The position numbers and the translations under genes are program-made. Shown here piece by piece: positions 20,147 to 28,622 of a stretch of DNA of 64,000 nt. The notes under the pieces were generated by a model that had not been told where the DNA came from, did no database searches, and saw only the letters and a list, made by a program, of their open reading frames with translations. This DNA is from Bacillota bacterium (lineage in GTDB: Bacteria > Bacillota > DTU025). The stretch lies in the NCBI GenBank assembly GCA_050951805.1, contig JBMNJT010000007.1, forward strand, positions 12,521 through 76,520. Direction: 5' to 3'. Each line of letters starts with the position of its first letter. The stretch's first letter is position 1.

Positions 20147-21478
20147 CTAGTCATGCAACTTGATCTTTCGAGCCACCTTTAGCACTTCTTCTTCTAGATC
20201 GATAGAAGCATCTGTAGGAATAGGCTCATTATCGATATACACGATCTCAAGCCCCTTACGTACCGCCCATTCAGTCACAACATCTACTGCAGCAGCCTTG
20301 AGTTCAGAGACGATTGCATCAGGCTTCAACGTTTCAAAACGCGCCAGGTCCTCTCGGAGCAGCGGCCTGTTCGAAAGGTGCGAGCTAACTCCAACAACCT
20401 CACATCCATAAGTCTTCTCAAGATAAGCAGATATGGCATCTGTCATCACCGCAGGCGTAGTTAGAGTGAGGACTATTCTCTTACCGGTAATATCGCCAAT
20501 CGGGCGAGGTCTGAAAATGGTCTTCACCACCGTGCATCCGGCGTTTATCTCGTGAATGGCTTCTACCATCTCGTCAATCTTAGCTTGGTCAACCATTGGA
20601 GACTCACACATTGTAAGAACAATTAAGTCGGAGGTAAGAATACGATAAGGCCCGAGGTAAGAGCGCATATACTCTACGGGTTGGTGAGCACCGATGACTA
20701 GTATGCGCGCATCCGTGTGCACCGAAGGTATAGATGAACCGCTGCCTTCGAATATGACTATGTCGGCGTCGATCTTTTCCGACAGTTCAGCACCTCTGTC
20801 CACATTTGAGACAAAAGTCTGTCCCGACATCCCGCCTCCACACCGTCGACAGCCGATGGTTGTAACCCTTGAGGTAAGCAGATCCTCGAAATGGTCAGAC
20901 GATGCATGGCGCCCTTGTTTGCTAACGGACAACAAATACTCGGGCGTGATCTCAATCTCAGACGCGCTGAGCAGCTCAGGCTCTGCAGGACCACCCCGCC
21001 CCATGGTAACCACGACGGGGTTATACTTCTTCGCCAGCGTCCGCGCGACAAAACCGCCGACAGCAGTCTTTCCGATTCTCTTCCCGGTTCCTATGACCGA
21101 GATACTCGGCCTGCTTACGCGCGCCGCCTCTACAGGAGGAGTGAACTGGAAATCCGCGCCCCGGTAAGCGACACCCTTTGCAAGCACATTGCTGGCAATC
21201 TCAAACCGCTCCTTGTAGCCAACTACAGGCTCGTCGCTAAGATCAACAACCTCATCCGGATCGTATTTGTCTATAGCGGCTGCGATAGCATGGAGATAGT
21301 CATCCTCATGCACTACAGGAACTCCAAGTCTGGCAAGATCAGAATCAGAACCAATCTTCTCAGTGCCGCCAATGAAAACGGCAGCCAATATGTCGAGCTC
21401 CCCCTTGAGCACCTCTATGGCATCATGAGTTACCGCAGGGTAATGCTCACCGTCTGTAAGTACAATAGCTTTCTTCAT
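20147..21478 (-). CDS. cpgS: Cyclic 2,3-diphosphoglycerate synthetase homolog
   Basis: DGEHYP, FIGGTEK, DLSDEPV, GADF, GTGKRIGKTAV, MGRGGPAEPE, HASSDHFED, TIGCRRCGGG, EGSG and ELKAAAVD are the motif series of archaeal cDPGS. Confidence 0.9.
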   Translation of the reverse strand: MKKAIVLTDGEHYPAVTHDAIEVLKGELDILAAVFIGGTEKIGSDSDLARLGVPVVHEDDYLHAIAAAIDKYDPDEVVDLSDEPVVGYKERFEIASNVLAKGVAYRGADFQFTPPVEAARVSRPSISVIGTGKRIGKTAVGGFVARTLAKKYNPVVVTMGRGGPAEPELLSASEIEITPEYLLSVSKQGRHASSDHFEDLLTSRVTTIGCRRCGGGMSGQTFVSNVDRGAELSEKIDADIVIFEGSGSSIPSVHTDARILVIGAHQPVEYMRSYLGPYRILTSDLIVLTMCESPMVDQAKIDEMVEAIHEINAGCTVVKTIFRPRPIGDITGKRIVLTLTTPAVMTDAISAYLEKTYGCEVVGVSSHLSNRPLLREDLARFETLKPDAIVSELKAAAVDVVTEWAVRKGLEIVYIDNEPIPTDASIDLEEEVLKVARKIKLHD

Positions 21479-21499
21479 AATGCTCCACCACCGTTGTTG

Positions 21500-22288
21500 C
21501 TAGAATGAAGATGCATTGACAACCATCTCCTTTACCTTGCGCATGTTGGTGAGATCTACATATGTCTTGCACATATCCCCACGTATCAGAGACTTTGCAT
21601 ATAGAATTGGTGTGGGCGATTCCGCGTAAGAAATGCGCTCATTGAGCATTGCCAATGCGCCAACTGATTGTCCAAGAAGGTCAGCTTCTAGGCTACCGAG
21701 GAAGACTGGCCGGAAGGTCTCGTCGCTCCTTTTCAGGACAATACCGTATTCATCACGGAGTATCCGAAATAGCGATCTTGATAGATCGGCCTCTTCAATG
21801 CCGATAGCCACATCGGGGGAGATGAAAGTCGTCTCAATTAGCATTGGAATGCCATCGACTTTTTTCAAGCGTCTGATCCTTAACACTTCCGAGTCGTCTT
21901 CAATGGCCAAATACGCACTGACAAGATTGGAAGCCGCAACCCGGTCTATAGTAAGAACCTCCGCCCAGAATTCGTGTCCAAGAGCTCGAATTCTGGACGC
22001 AAGACGCATTTCGTCGGTGATATAGGTCGTCTCCTTGTACTCCATGGGCCATTGCGGAACTGAAACAAAAGTTCCCTTCCCTTGTACAGAATAGAGCAGG
22101 CCCTCATGAACTAATTCCGAAATGGCCTGCTTAGCTGTTGTAGTGCTTATGTCATAGGTTCCGCACAACTCACGTATTGAGGGAATGCGCGTCTCGGGCT
22201 CCCATTCGCCCGAGACGATCTTCTCCTTGAGCTCTTCTTTAAGCTGATAATACAGGGGAATAAAACTGTCCTTCTTAAGCATTGGCAC
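21500..22288 (-). CDS. GntR family (HutC/UTRA) transcriptional regulator
   Basis: PLYYQL...IPSIRELC...QGKGTFV winged HTH plus a UTRA-like C-terminus; GGAGG precedes GTG 22288/ATG 22282. Confidence 0.92.
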   Translation of the reverse strand: MPMLKKDSFIPLYYQLKEELKEKIVSGEWEPETRIPSIRELCGTYDISTTTAKQAISELVHEGLLYSVQGKGTFVSVPQWPMEYKETTYITDEMRLASRIRALGHEFWAEVLTIDRVAASNLVSAYLAIEDDSEVLRIRRLKKVDGIPMLIETTFISPDVAIGIEEADLSRSLFRILRDEYGIVLKRSDETFRPVFLGSLEADLLGQSVGALAMLNERISYAESPTPILYAKSLIRGDMCKTYVDLTNMRKVKEMVVNASSF

Positions 22289-22314
22289 GAAAGCCTCCAT
22301 ACCGTAATGGACCT

Positions 22315-22335
22315 TGTAGCATATTGCCAGCTACA
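22315..22335. promoter_or_regulatory. Candidate operator palindrome for the GntR regulator
   Basis: TGTAGC-N9-GCTACA just upstream of the regulator. Confidence 0.35.
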
Positions 22336-22370
22336 TTAAGTGTGTGTGTTAACGTGTTATCGCTTACTGT

Positions 22371-22398
22371 ATTTCTACATTTCCTAAGCGATTCCTCT
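22371..22398 (-). promoter_or_regulatory. Sigma-H-like promoter for the cpgS operon
   Basis: Minus strand AGAGGAATC-GCTTAGGAAAT-GTAGAAAT has the same layout as the spoVG site in this window. Confidence 0.4.
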
Positions 22399-22457
22399 TT
22401 CAAGACCTTCCATTTATACATCCATTAATTACAACAGCCATCTGCTGCCACGCCATG

Positions 22458-22588
22458 CCCATCTTCATTCACAAACCTCTCGAGCAGCCCATGATCTGCA
22501 GTTACAGCAGCTGCATAACCATGTTGAGCCGCCACTAGGTTCACAAGGATGAAGTGCCCGCTATAACCGCTGGCGTTCGCGGCAGCCA
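22458..22588 (-). pseudogene. Degenerate internal fragment of the permuted iPGM gene
   Basis: Matches 12457-12531 joined to about 12621-12680, with 5 substitutions seen. Confidence 0.85.
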
Positions 22589-22850
22589 AGGTTCATTTAC
22601 CGAGGAGATGTCTAAGGATATAGGCAATGTGGTTAGAAGCCGTAGAAGGCATCATGGTTAGAGTAAGAACCCTTGAATGGGTCCGGCAGATACTATTCGT
22701 CACCAAGTTGCCCATCGAAGGCGAACAGTCAAAATGTGCGTAGGCTAACCGATACGGGATGGTTCTGTGCAGAGCACGATGGAGTGATGGGACTGTTCTT
22801 TGCTGGAAAACCTAATTGAAGTAGATCAGAACTAAAGGACGTGAACTCCG

Positions 22851-23222
22851 ATGGAAATCAGGGAGCATGCCATCATACCTCTCGGCTATGGCAAGTATGT
22901 GCGTTCAGACAAGATCATCGCCCTCGATCCTATAGAAGATGAGCGGGGACCCGGTCGGCGTACCAGGGTCTACGTTGACCAGCTACCCGGCCCATTAATC
23001 GCTTCAAGGACCGAGAACTCCATCCTAGCAAGCATCGTCAGGACCCCAACAGAGGTTCTTGAAGCCACAGCCGCCCTTGAACTCCTTCAAGATCTTCTAG
23101 ACGACATAGAACAGATCGGCCCAATGCTGCGGAAGAGCATTAAAGAAGAGGCCGGACTCGACTTGGAGGAACTCGAGCGCAAGATAAGGGAGATATTAAC
23201 CCATGAACTGAATGCGGAATGA
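22851..23222 (+). CDS. Hypothetical protein, weak RemA/DUF370-like N-terminus
   Basis: RBS-like AAAGGACG; IPLGYGKYV...IIALDP...GRRTRVYV followed by a helical tail. Confidence 0.6.
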   Translation: MEIREHAIIPLGYGKYVRSDKIIALDPIEDERGPGRRTRVYVDQLPGPLIASRTENSILASIVRTPTEVLEATAALELLQDLLDDIEQIGPMLRKSIKEEAGLDLEELERKIREILTHELNAE

Positions 23223-23513
23223 GCTTGTCACACAACTGCTTTCCGCTACCGGATGCGCCGTAAAACCCACGACTCGCGGTCACGTTCCGATATCATATTA
23301 GCCCGAGAGATGACGTTATGGTTGTTTTTCGGCATGTGTACGTATTTAAGACCCCGTCTTAGATTCATTGGCAAGCTGATTTTCCGCTGGCAGCGCAGCT
23401 TGCTCGGTCTGTGATCTACTTCTGCGCTGTCTCTGAATTCCCATCACACGATGGCTATTCGAAAGCGCCTAAACACATCGACAATAAGACCCGCTGGGGC
23501 TGAAAACGAAAAC

Positions 23514-23533
23514 AGCGGGGCCTACTCCCCGCT
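23514..23533 (-). terminator. Terminator after tRNA-Leu
   Basis: AGCGGGG-N6-CCCCGCT stem followed by GTTTT on the minus strand. Confidence 0.6.
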
Positions 23534-23542
23534 ACAAATAGC

Positions 23543-23628
23543 TGGTGCCGGAGGCGGGATTCGAACCCGCACGTCCTTGCGGACAGAGGATTTTAAGTCC
23601 CCTGCGTCTGCCTTTCCGCCACTCCGGC
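23543..23628 (-). tRNA. tRNA-Leu(TAA)
   Basis: GCCGGAGTGGCGGAA...GGGGACTTAAAATCCTC, long variable arm, GGTTCGAATCC...GGCACCA. Confidence 0.95.
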
Positions 23629-23768
23629 CTCGACTTTATTGTCGCAAACAACCTCAAGAAAAGTATACCACGACCGCGCCCCTTGCGCTACGCACGTAGC
23701 CTGCAAAGGATTACCAAAGCCGCCTCCTGCAGACCCATCGAATACAGAAATAGCGCCAAGCTCCGATT

Positions 23769-25514
23769 TCACAACTTGCTTCCGCAGCGGCCTAACCCGA
23801 TGCAGGCCGCCATACCATCGAGTATTCCAGCTGCGCTCACCACAACCTCAGCCGCGCCCGCAAGATCCATCACCTCAAGGATTATCGCCGCCCCGGCAGG
23901 CATCACCCTGGCCCGCTCCGGCTGGATCATCCCTTTCACCTGCATTCTTTCAGCACACGCCAACGAGCACAAGCCAAGAAATGCCTCCTCCAACTCTTCC
24001 CTGTGCAAAGCGTAGCCATGGACCATGTCCGGATCTAGCGTTTCCAACTCCAAACCGATTGAAGCAAGTGTAACAGCGGATCCGCCTACCACGACTATCG
24101 TCGATAGAATACCGCCATCCTCCCCGTCCATCGGTAAGCCATGCACAAACTCCCGCGCCCCCTCCAGACAGAACCGAATATGCCCACGCATCTGCTCAAT
24201 CTCCCCCCGCGATGGAGGGTCTGAACAAAGGAACTCGTCTGTCAGGCTCACTGCCCCGAGCGGAAGGCTTATAGATCTTACCTCACCCGTGCAAGAATCG
24301 AGCCTCGTGAACTCAGTGCTCATGCCCCCGGAATCCACTATCAGCAAGGATCGCGGGTCGATCGCGACGGAAGGCGCAACACTTCCGACCGCAGCTGCTG
24401 AACCTGCGCCAGCCACAACGCCCAGAAACGACAATTCGGCCTCAAACTCCGGTGACACAACTTCGAGCCTGACTTCGCATGCCTCTTTAACTTGACGGAT
24501 CAAGGCTTCGGAGTCCTCCGCCGCCCTCGCCGCCGCTGTAGCTGTCACCCATACCCTATCAGCTCCCAGGCTGCGACTGAGCCCCATAAAGTCGCTAATG
24601 GCTTCGACAGTAGCTGCCCGGCCTGCCTCAGACAACCTTCCAGTTTCCCCAAGCCCATGCCCGAGCCCGGTAATCCGGGCATCCATGCACACCCCGAAAA
24701 CCCTTGGAACCCCAACAACGCCAGAATCTCCATATGCTTTCATAATCTTTGAGCAGACGGAGCCGTCAGAACCTGCCGACCAATTCGGCCGCGACACTAC
24801 ATCGGCCACAAGCACCTTAGTCGAATTGGAACCGGCATTTATCGCCGCCACCCGCGCCGGAACACATCTCCCCCCGTCACACTCAAGCCATACCCCGGCT
24901 TGGCGCAGCCGACTCACGGCCATGTCCCCAACAGGATTGTTATTGCCCGCCATGTAATCCGCAACATGCATGTGGAGGCATTTCACCCCTGCAAAGCGCG
25001 CCACCCCGCCTATGCCTGTATCTCTGAGAACCCGAAGCATTTTTGGAGCCTCTTTCTCCAGAAACTCCAGATCATCTTCGCCTATGAGCGCCATCCTTTG
25101 CGCAGCATACCTCGTATTGGCACACTCGTGCGCCTTCCGGAAATCTTCATCCCGCTCTATCAGCTCTGCCGCCTCGCCTATCATGCCCTCACTTTCCAAC
25201 ACCGATATGGCTTCGCGTACGTGGGGGCATGTAAGCCAGTAGACCGTAGGAAAGGGCTTAGGTTTCACAACCCGCCCCAGCCCGCCATTGTGCCATATGA
25301 CGGGGTAGGTCGACACAACCTGTGGTTGCCCGTAAGAACACCGCCGGGGAATTCGAGCAATGCTGCCGATAAGATCTCGGCCGAGCTGCGCGGCAACGAC
25401 CGCTCGATCTATGGCCCTAGGCTTTACGAAGTCTTGATGCTCCTCACGCATTTCGGCAGTTCTCCCATGGCCGCCTTCTATCGACTTCCCCAGTTTCTTG
25501 CTCAACAAACACAC
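23769..25514 (-). CDS. DUF501 domain fused to a Ppx/GppA phosphatase domain
   Basis: N-part: QLGR...C.YG.P.V, PFPTVYWLTCP...LESEG, GIGG...VKCLHMHVA. C-part: GSNS, TGLG, EAELSFLGV, DSGGMSTE, PLGAVSLT. Start uncertain (possibly about 25451). Confidence 0.82.
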   Translation of the reverse strand: MCLLSKKLGKSIEGGHGRTAEMREEHQDFVKPRAIDRAVVAAQLGRDLIGSIARIPRRCSYGQPQVVSTYPVIWHNGGLGRVVKPKPFPTVYWLTCPHVREAISVLESEGMIGEAAELIERDEDFRKAHECANTRYAAQRMALIGEDDLEFLEKEAPKMLRVLRDTGIGGVARFAGVKCLHMHVADYMAGNNNPVGDMAVSRLRQAGVWLECDGGRCVPARVAAINAGSNSTKVLVADVVSRPNWSAGSDGSVCSKIMKAYGDSGVVGVPRVFGVCMDARITGLGHGLGETGRLSEAGRAATVEAISDFMGLSRSLGADRVWVTATAAARAAEDSEALIRQVKEACEVRLEVVSPEFEAELSFLGVVAGAGSAAAVGSVAPSVAIDPRSLLIVDSGGMSTEFTRLDSCTGEVRSISLPLGAVSLTDEFLCSDPPSRGEIEQMRGHIRFCLEGAREFVHGLPMDGEDGGILSTIVVVGGSAVTLASIGLELETLDPDMVHGYALHREELEEAFLGLCSLACAERMQVKGMIQPERARVMPAGAAIILEVMDLAGAAEVVVSAAGILDGMAACIGLGRCGSKL

Positions 25515-25645
25515 CCCTCACACGCGTCCTTTGCAGTCATCCAAGGGTATCGAAAAATCGTGCAGTGCGGGCTGAAAGGCTAAATCACACGAAAAGAAAA
25601 GCACTCCAAAAAGAGGAGTGCCATATCTTTTATTATGTTTATGGG

Positions 25646-26044
25646 CTACATGGTTTTTGTCAGGCGCGTTCCCCGACCACCCCGCTTGGAGTCCATATGT
25701 TTCTTAAGATCTTGGTGCCGCTCATCACTTTCCTTGAGGAACTTGGAAAGCTTATCCTCGAAGGACTGCTGGTATGCCCGATCACGGCGCCCTCCTCGCG
25801 GCTGGTAGTTAGGATCGGTCTGTTTGATCGAAAGGCCAATCCTGCCGTTATCGGTCGAGATTACCTTGACTCTGACTGTGTCGTTCATCTTCAGGTAGTC
25901 ATTTACGTCATGGACGTATTCGTCGGCTATCTCGGAAATATGAACTAGGCCCGTCCTCCCTCCACCAATATCAACAAACGCTCCAAAACCGGTGATTCCA
26001 GTGACGCGGCCTTCAACAATAGAGCCGACTTCAATTGACGACAT
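25646..26044 (-). CDS. S1 domain RNA-binding protein (YabR-like)
   Basis: EVGSIVEGRVTGITGFGAFV...GLVHISEIA, FEDKLSKFLKESDER. Confidence 0.92.
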   Translation of the reverse strand: MSSIEVGSIVEGRVTGITGFGAFVDIGGGRTGLVHISEIADEYVHDVNDYLKMNDTVRVKVISTDNGRIGLSIKQTDPNYQPRGGRRDRAYQQSFEDKLSKFLKESDERHQDLKKHMDSKRGGRGTRLTKTM

Positions 26045-26185
26045 GCTAAGAGAGATCCTCCTATTTTTTTCAACTATCACGAGCTGATGCTCATGATTAT
26101 GTACTTCATATTATATAGAATTCGTTGACCAGTGTCAATGAGTGGCTCAACATTTACAGCCCAAACCATACTGTGAAAGTTCTCC

Positions 26186-26518
26186 TCAGTCCCCGATCTC
26201 AGCCGGTCTGTCTTTGCGCTTTGCTACCGGAGTAAACCCGCTGGCGTCAGGTTCAGCGACTATATACAAAGTCTCGCCCGGTTTGACAAGCCCCAACTTC
26301 TCCCTGGCAATCCGTTCGACGTATTCATCTGTTTGGGCCTCCTCGATCTCGCTTTCAAGGTCCCGTATTCTGGACTGCCATTCCTCGCACTCTGCTTCCA
26401 AACATTCAGTCTCTTTCCTCAGCGCCAAGAGCCTGGCCCGTCCGCCCGCATAGCACAATCCCACACACACGACGAGCACGATCGTGAGGACAACGGTGAG
26501 TTTTGAGGACACAGCCAC
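26186..26518 (-). CDS. divIC: Septum formation initiator DivIC/FtsB
   Basis: TM, coiled coil and YVERIAREKLGLVKPGE; conserved synteny. Confidence 0.9.
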   Translation of the reverse strand: MAVSSKLTVVLTIVLVVCVGLCYAGGRARLLALRKETECLEAECEEWQSRIRDLESEIEEAQTDEYVERIAREKLGLVKPGETLYIVAEPDASGFTPVAKRKDRPAEIGD

Positions 26519-26525
26519 CGCCTCC

Positions 26526-27044
26526 TTACTCGTTGACTTCGCGTGCCGCTCGCCCGCGTTTTTCCGAAGCGTCTTCTGCCCCGCGCCGAAACTTGGCGGC
26601 TTGGGACAGTTTTCGCCGCGTTGATGAAAATCCCTTCATGAGCACGCCGGATATTTGCCGATTCGTCCTCGAAACCGGTCGCCGAGCCCAGTTCCAGGCT
26701 CGCCGCAGGCTCCGAAATATTCGCCTGGCCGTCCATTCAATTATGGTGAATACAGGCGCGGCAAGCAACCTGCCTGTGAGAGTATACACCCAAAAGCCAA
26801 TAGCAACACCTGCCAGAACGTATACCCGGACCTCTCCTCGGCTTACTCGCATCAAGATGGAAAACGTCATAGCGGAGGAGAGCAGCCAGTAGAAAAGATC
26901 GACTAATGCCATGGCCCCTTTTTGCATGCGAAACACTCGCGCAAAAAACGCGCACAGATCGTACAGCGCTCCCATGAGCATGCCCGCAGCAAGTGATGCG
27001 AGCACCGTTCGGATCTGCCAGTTCAGGCCTTCCACAGCCGTCAC
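26526..27044 (-). CDS. yabQ: Spore cortex biosynthesis protein YabQ
   Basis: G.LYD...DLFYW...GEVRVYVLAG; located between yabP and divIC. Confidence 0.85.
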   Translation of the reverse strand: MTAVEGLNWQIRTVLASLAAGMLMGALYDLCAFFARVFRMQKGAMALVDLFYWLLSSAMTFSILMRVSRGEVRVYVLAGVAIGFWVYTLTGRLLAAPVFTIIEWTARRIFRSLRRAWNWARRPVSRTNRQISGVLMKGFSSTRRKLSQAAKFRRGAEDASEKRGRAAREVNE

Positions 27045-27069
27045 CTCTGCCCCGTGGGGATGATCGCGC

Positions 27070-27954
27070 TTATTCAGGATATCTGACGGCGGCCCAGATC
27101 ATGAAGAGGAACAAGAGGCCTACTGTGATCCAAGATGTAACATTGCGTGCCCGTGCAGCCCGTTCCACTGCGCGCACCCGCCATTCTGCCAGCCCGCTTC
27201 GGAAACTCGTCCATGCTTGAACGACGTTTCCCACATGTCCTTGAGTCTCGGGGTATGGCGGAATGTCATTTTGTATTGAGTCCAGATCTGCCTGCGCATC
27301 GTCGACCGCCGACATCCCTGCATTGTATGAGGCGAGGGCCGCTATAATGTCACCATCGTAACGGTCTATGAGATAACGAAGGTACGCCGTCCCAACATGG
27401 ATGTTTGCGTCAGGATTGTATATGCACATATTCCCGCACGCAGGTGGCGCGTGATCACCGCTACACTGGGCGCTGGGCATGAACTCCTGCCATGTGTCCG
27501 GCATCAGCTGCATCAGTCCGCGGGCACCCCTCCAAGATACTGCATCGGTCTGAAACCCGCTTTCCTGGGATATCACGGCTGCCACAAGGCACGGATCGAT
27601 CCCATTGCGTAAACCCTCAAAGTTTATCGTCTCTGCAAAAGGCATGTCCCTCACTTCAAGCCTTGCAGAACTGTAGTCACCCAGGATATCTAAGGCAGCG
27701 ACGGAAAGCTGATCCACGTACTTCACACCCGCCCAAGAGTAGACAGCAAGAATGATAATGAGAACTGTCAACGATATCGGCCAACGCTTCGGCATCTTCA
27801 TCGACGGTCGGAATATGGATACCGCAAAAACGACCGGACTGATGATCACGCCCAAGATCCCGGTAACGATCCTGAGCCCCAAACCCATACTGCTCTTCTT
27901 CTGTGTTGTCGGTTTTCTCCGTTTCGGCGCGCTGCGCTTAGGTTTTCTTGACAT
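27070..27954 (-). CDS. Membrane-anchored lytic transglycosylase (SLT domain)
   Basis: AVISQESGF, AVSWRGARGLMQLMP, NIHVGTAYL, ALASYNAG, PYPETQGHV. Confidence 0.88.
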   Translation of the reverse strand: MSRKPKRSAPKRRKPTTQKKSSMGLGLRIVTGILGVIISPVVFAVSIFRPSMKMPKRWPISLTVLIIILAVYSWAGVKYVDQLSVAALDILGDYSSARLEVRDMPFAETINFEGLRNGIDPCLVAAVISQESGFQTDAVSWRGARGLMQLMPDTWQEFMPSAQCSGDHAPPACGNMCIYNPDANIHVGTAYLRYLIDRYDGDIIAALASYNAGMSAVDDAQADLDSIQNDIPPYPETQGHVGNVVQAWTSFRSGLAEWRVRAVERAARARNVTSWITVGLLFLFMIWAAVRYPE

Positions 27955-28192
27955 ACGTGGTCCCCCGGCAAGGCGTATTCTCCTAAAGCCAAGTTAATTG
28001 CATATTCTGATTGCTCAGACCGATTCAATGCAACCTAGCTATTCCATTCCTTCGCCCTGCACTGTCACAGTAGTTCGTCGCATTTCGCAAGAATCCTATG
28101 TGTATAAACTATTTTCAATGTCTATTACACTCTTCGCCCCGTCCCGATGCCCCTCCAACCACGTTCCCAAAGGGCCGGTAGATCAGCCCAGC

Positions 28193-28504
28193 CTATCGGA
28201 GCAATTTGCCCAGCAAGCCTCTCCCCTTCTTCGGGCTCTCGTCGAAATAGTCGCATGTCTCAACATACCCCTCGATCTCGATCGTTCCGTCCTCGAGATT
28301 GAGCTGCCTTATGTGGAGATCATGCCCGGTCACAGTGAGCGCTCCCGCATTCGTCTCCAGAATTATCTCCTCGTCATCGAAGCTCTCCACATTAGCTACC
28401 CCATCCACCGTCATGCTTTCACGATCAACCAGCACAACCCTGTGTTGCAAGCCCGGACGCTTCCGCCTTGCTTCATCAGACAGGTCAGGTCCTTTGGCGG
28501 CCAT
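28193..28504 (-). CDS. yabP: Sporulation protein YabP
   Basis: HRVVLVDRE...GVANVESFDDEEIILET..G.L...G.DLHI..LNLEDG, KKGRGLLGKLLR. Confidence 0.92.
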   Translation of the reverse strand: MAAKGPDLSDEARRKRPGLQHRVVLVDRESMTVDGVANVESFDDEEIILETNAGALTVTGHDLHIRQLNLEDGTIEIEGYVETCDYFDESPKKGRGLLGKLLR

Positions 28505-28622
28505 CGGCACCACTCCTTCGGACAAATCTTTGCATCGATAGCGCGCATCTCTCATGGAGCACATCAATTTGTCCTATGGATGTCTATGCCCATTCCCACC
28601 ATATAATGCATCAACTCGAAAC

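Noticed and set aside
22458-22588. iPGM fragment as a DGR template repeat
   Set aside because: The mismatches are mixed transitions (A/G in both directions and T/C), not adenine-specific. The match is internal and carries a deletion.
11568-23543. Integrative island at tRNA-Leu
   Set aside because: The position is suggestive, but I found no integrase and no duplicated tRNA 3' end in the window.
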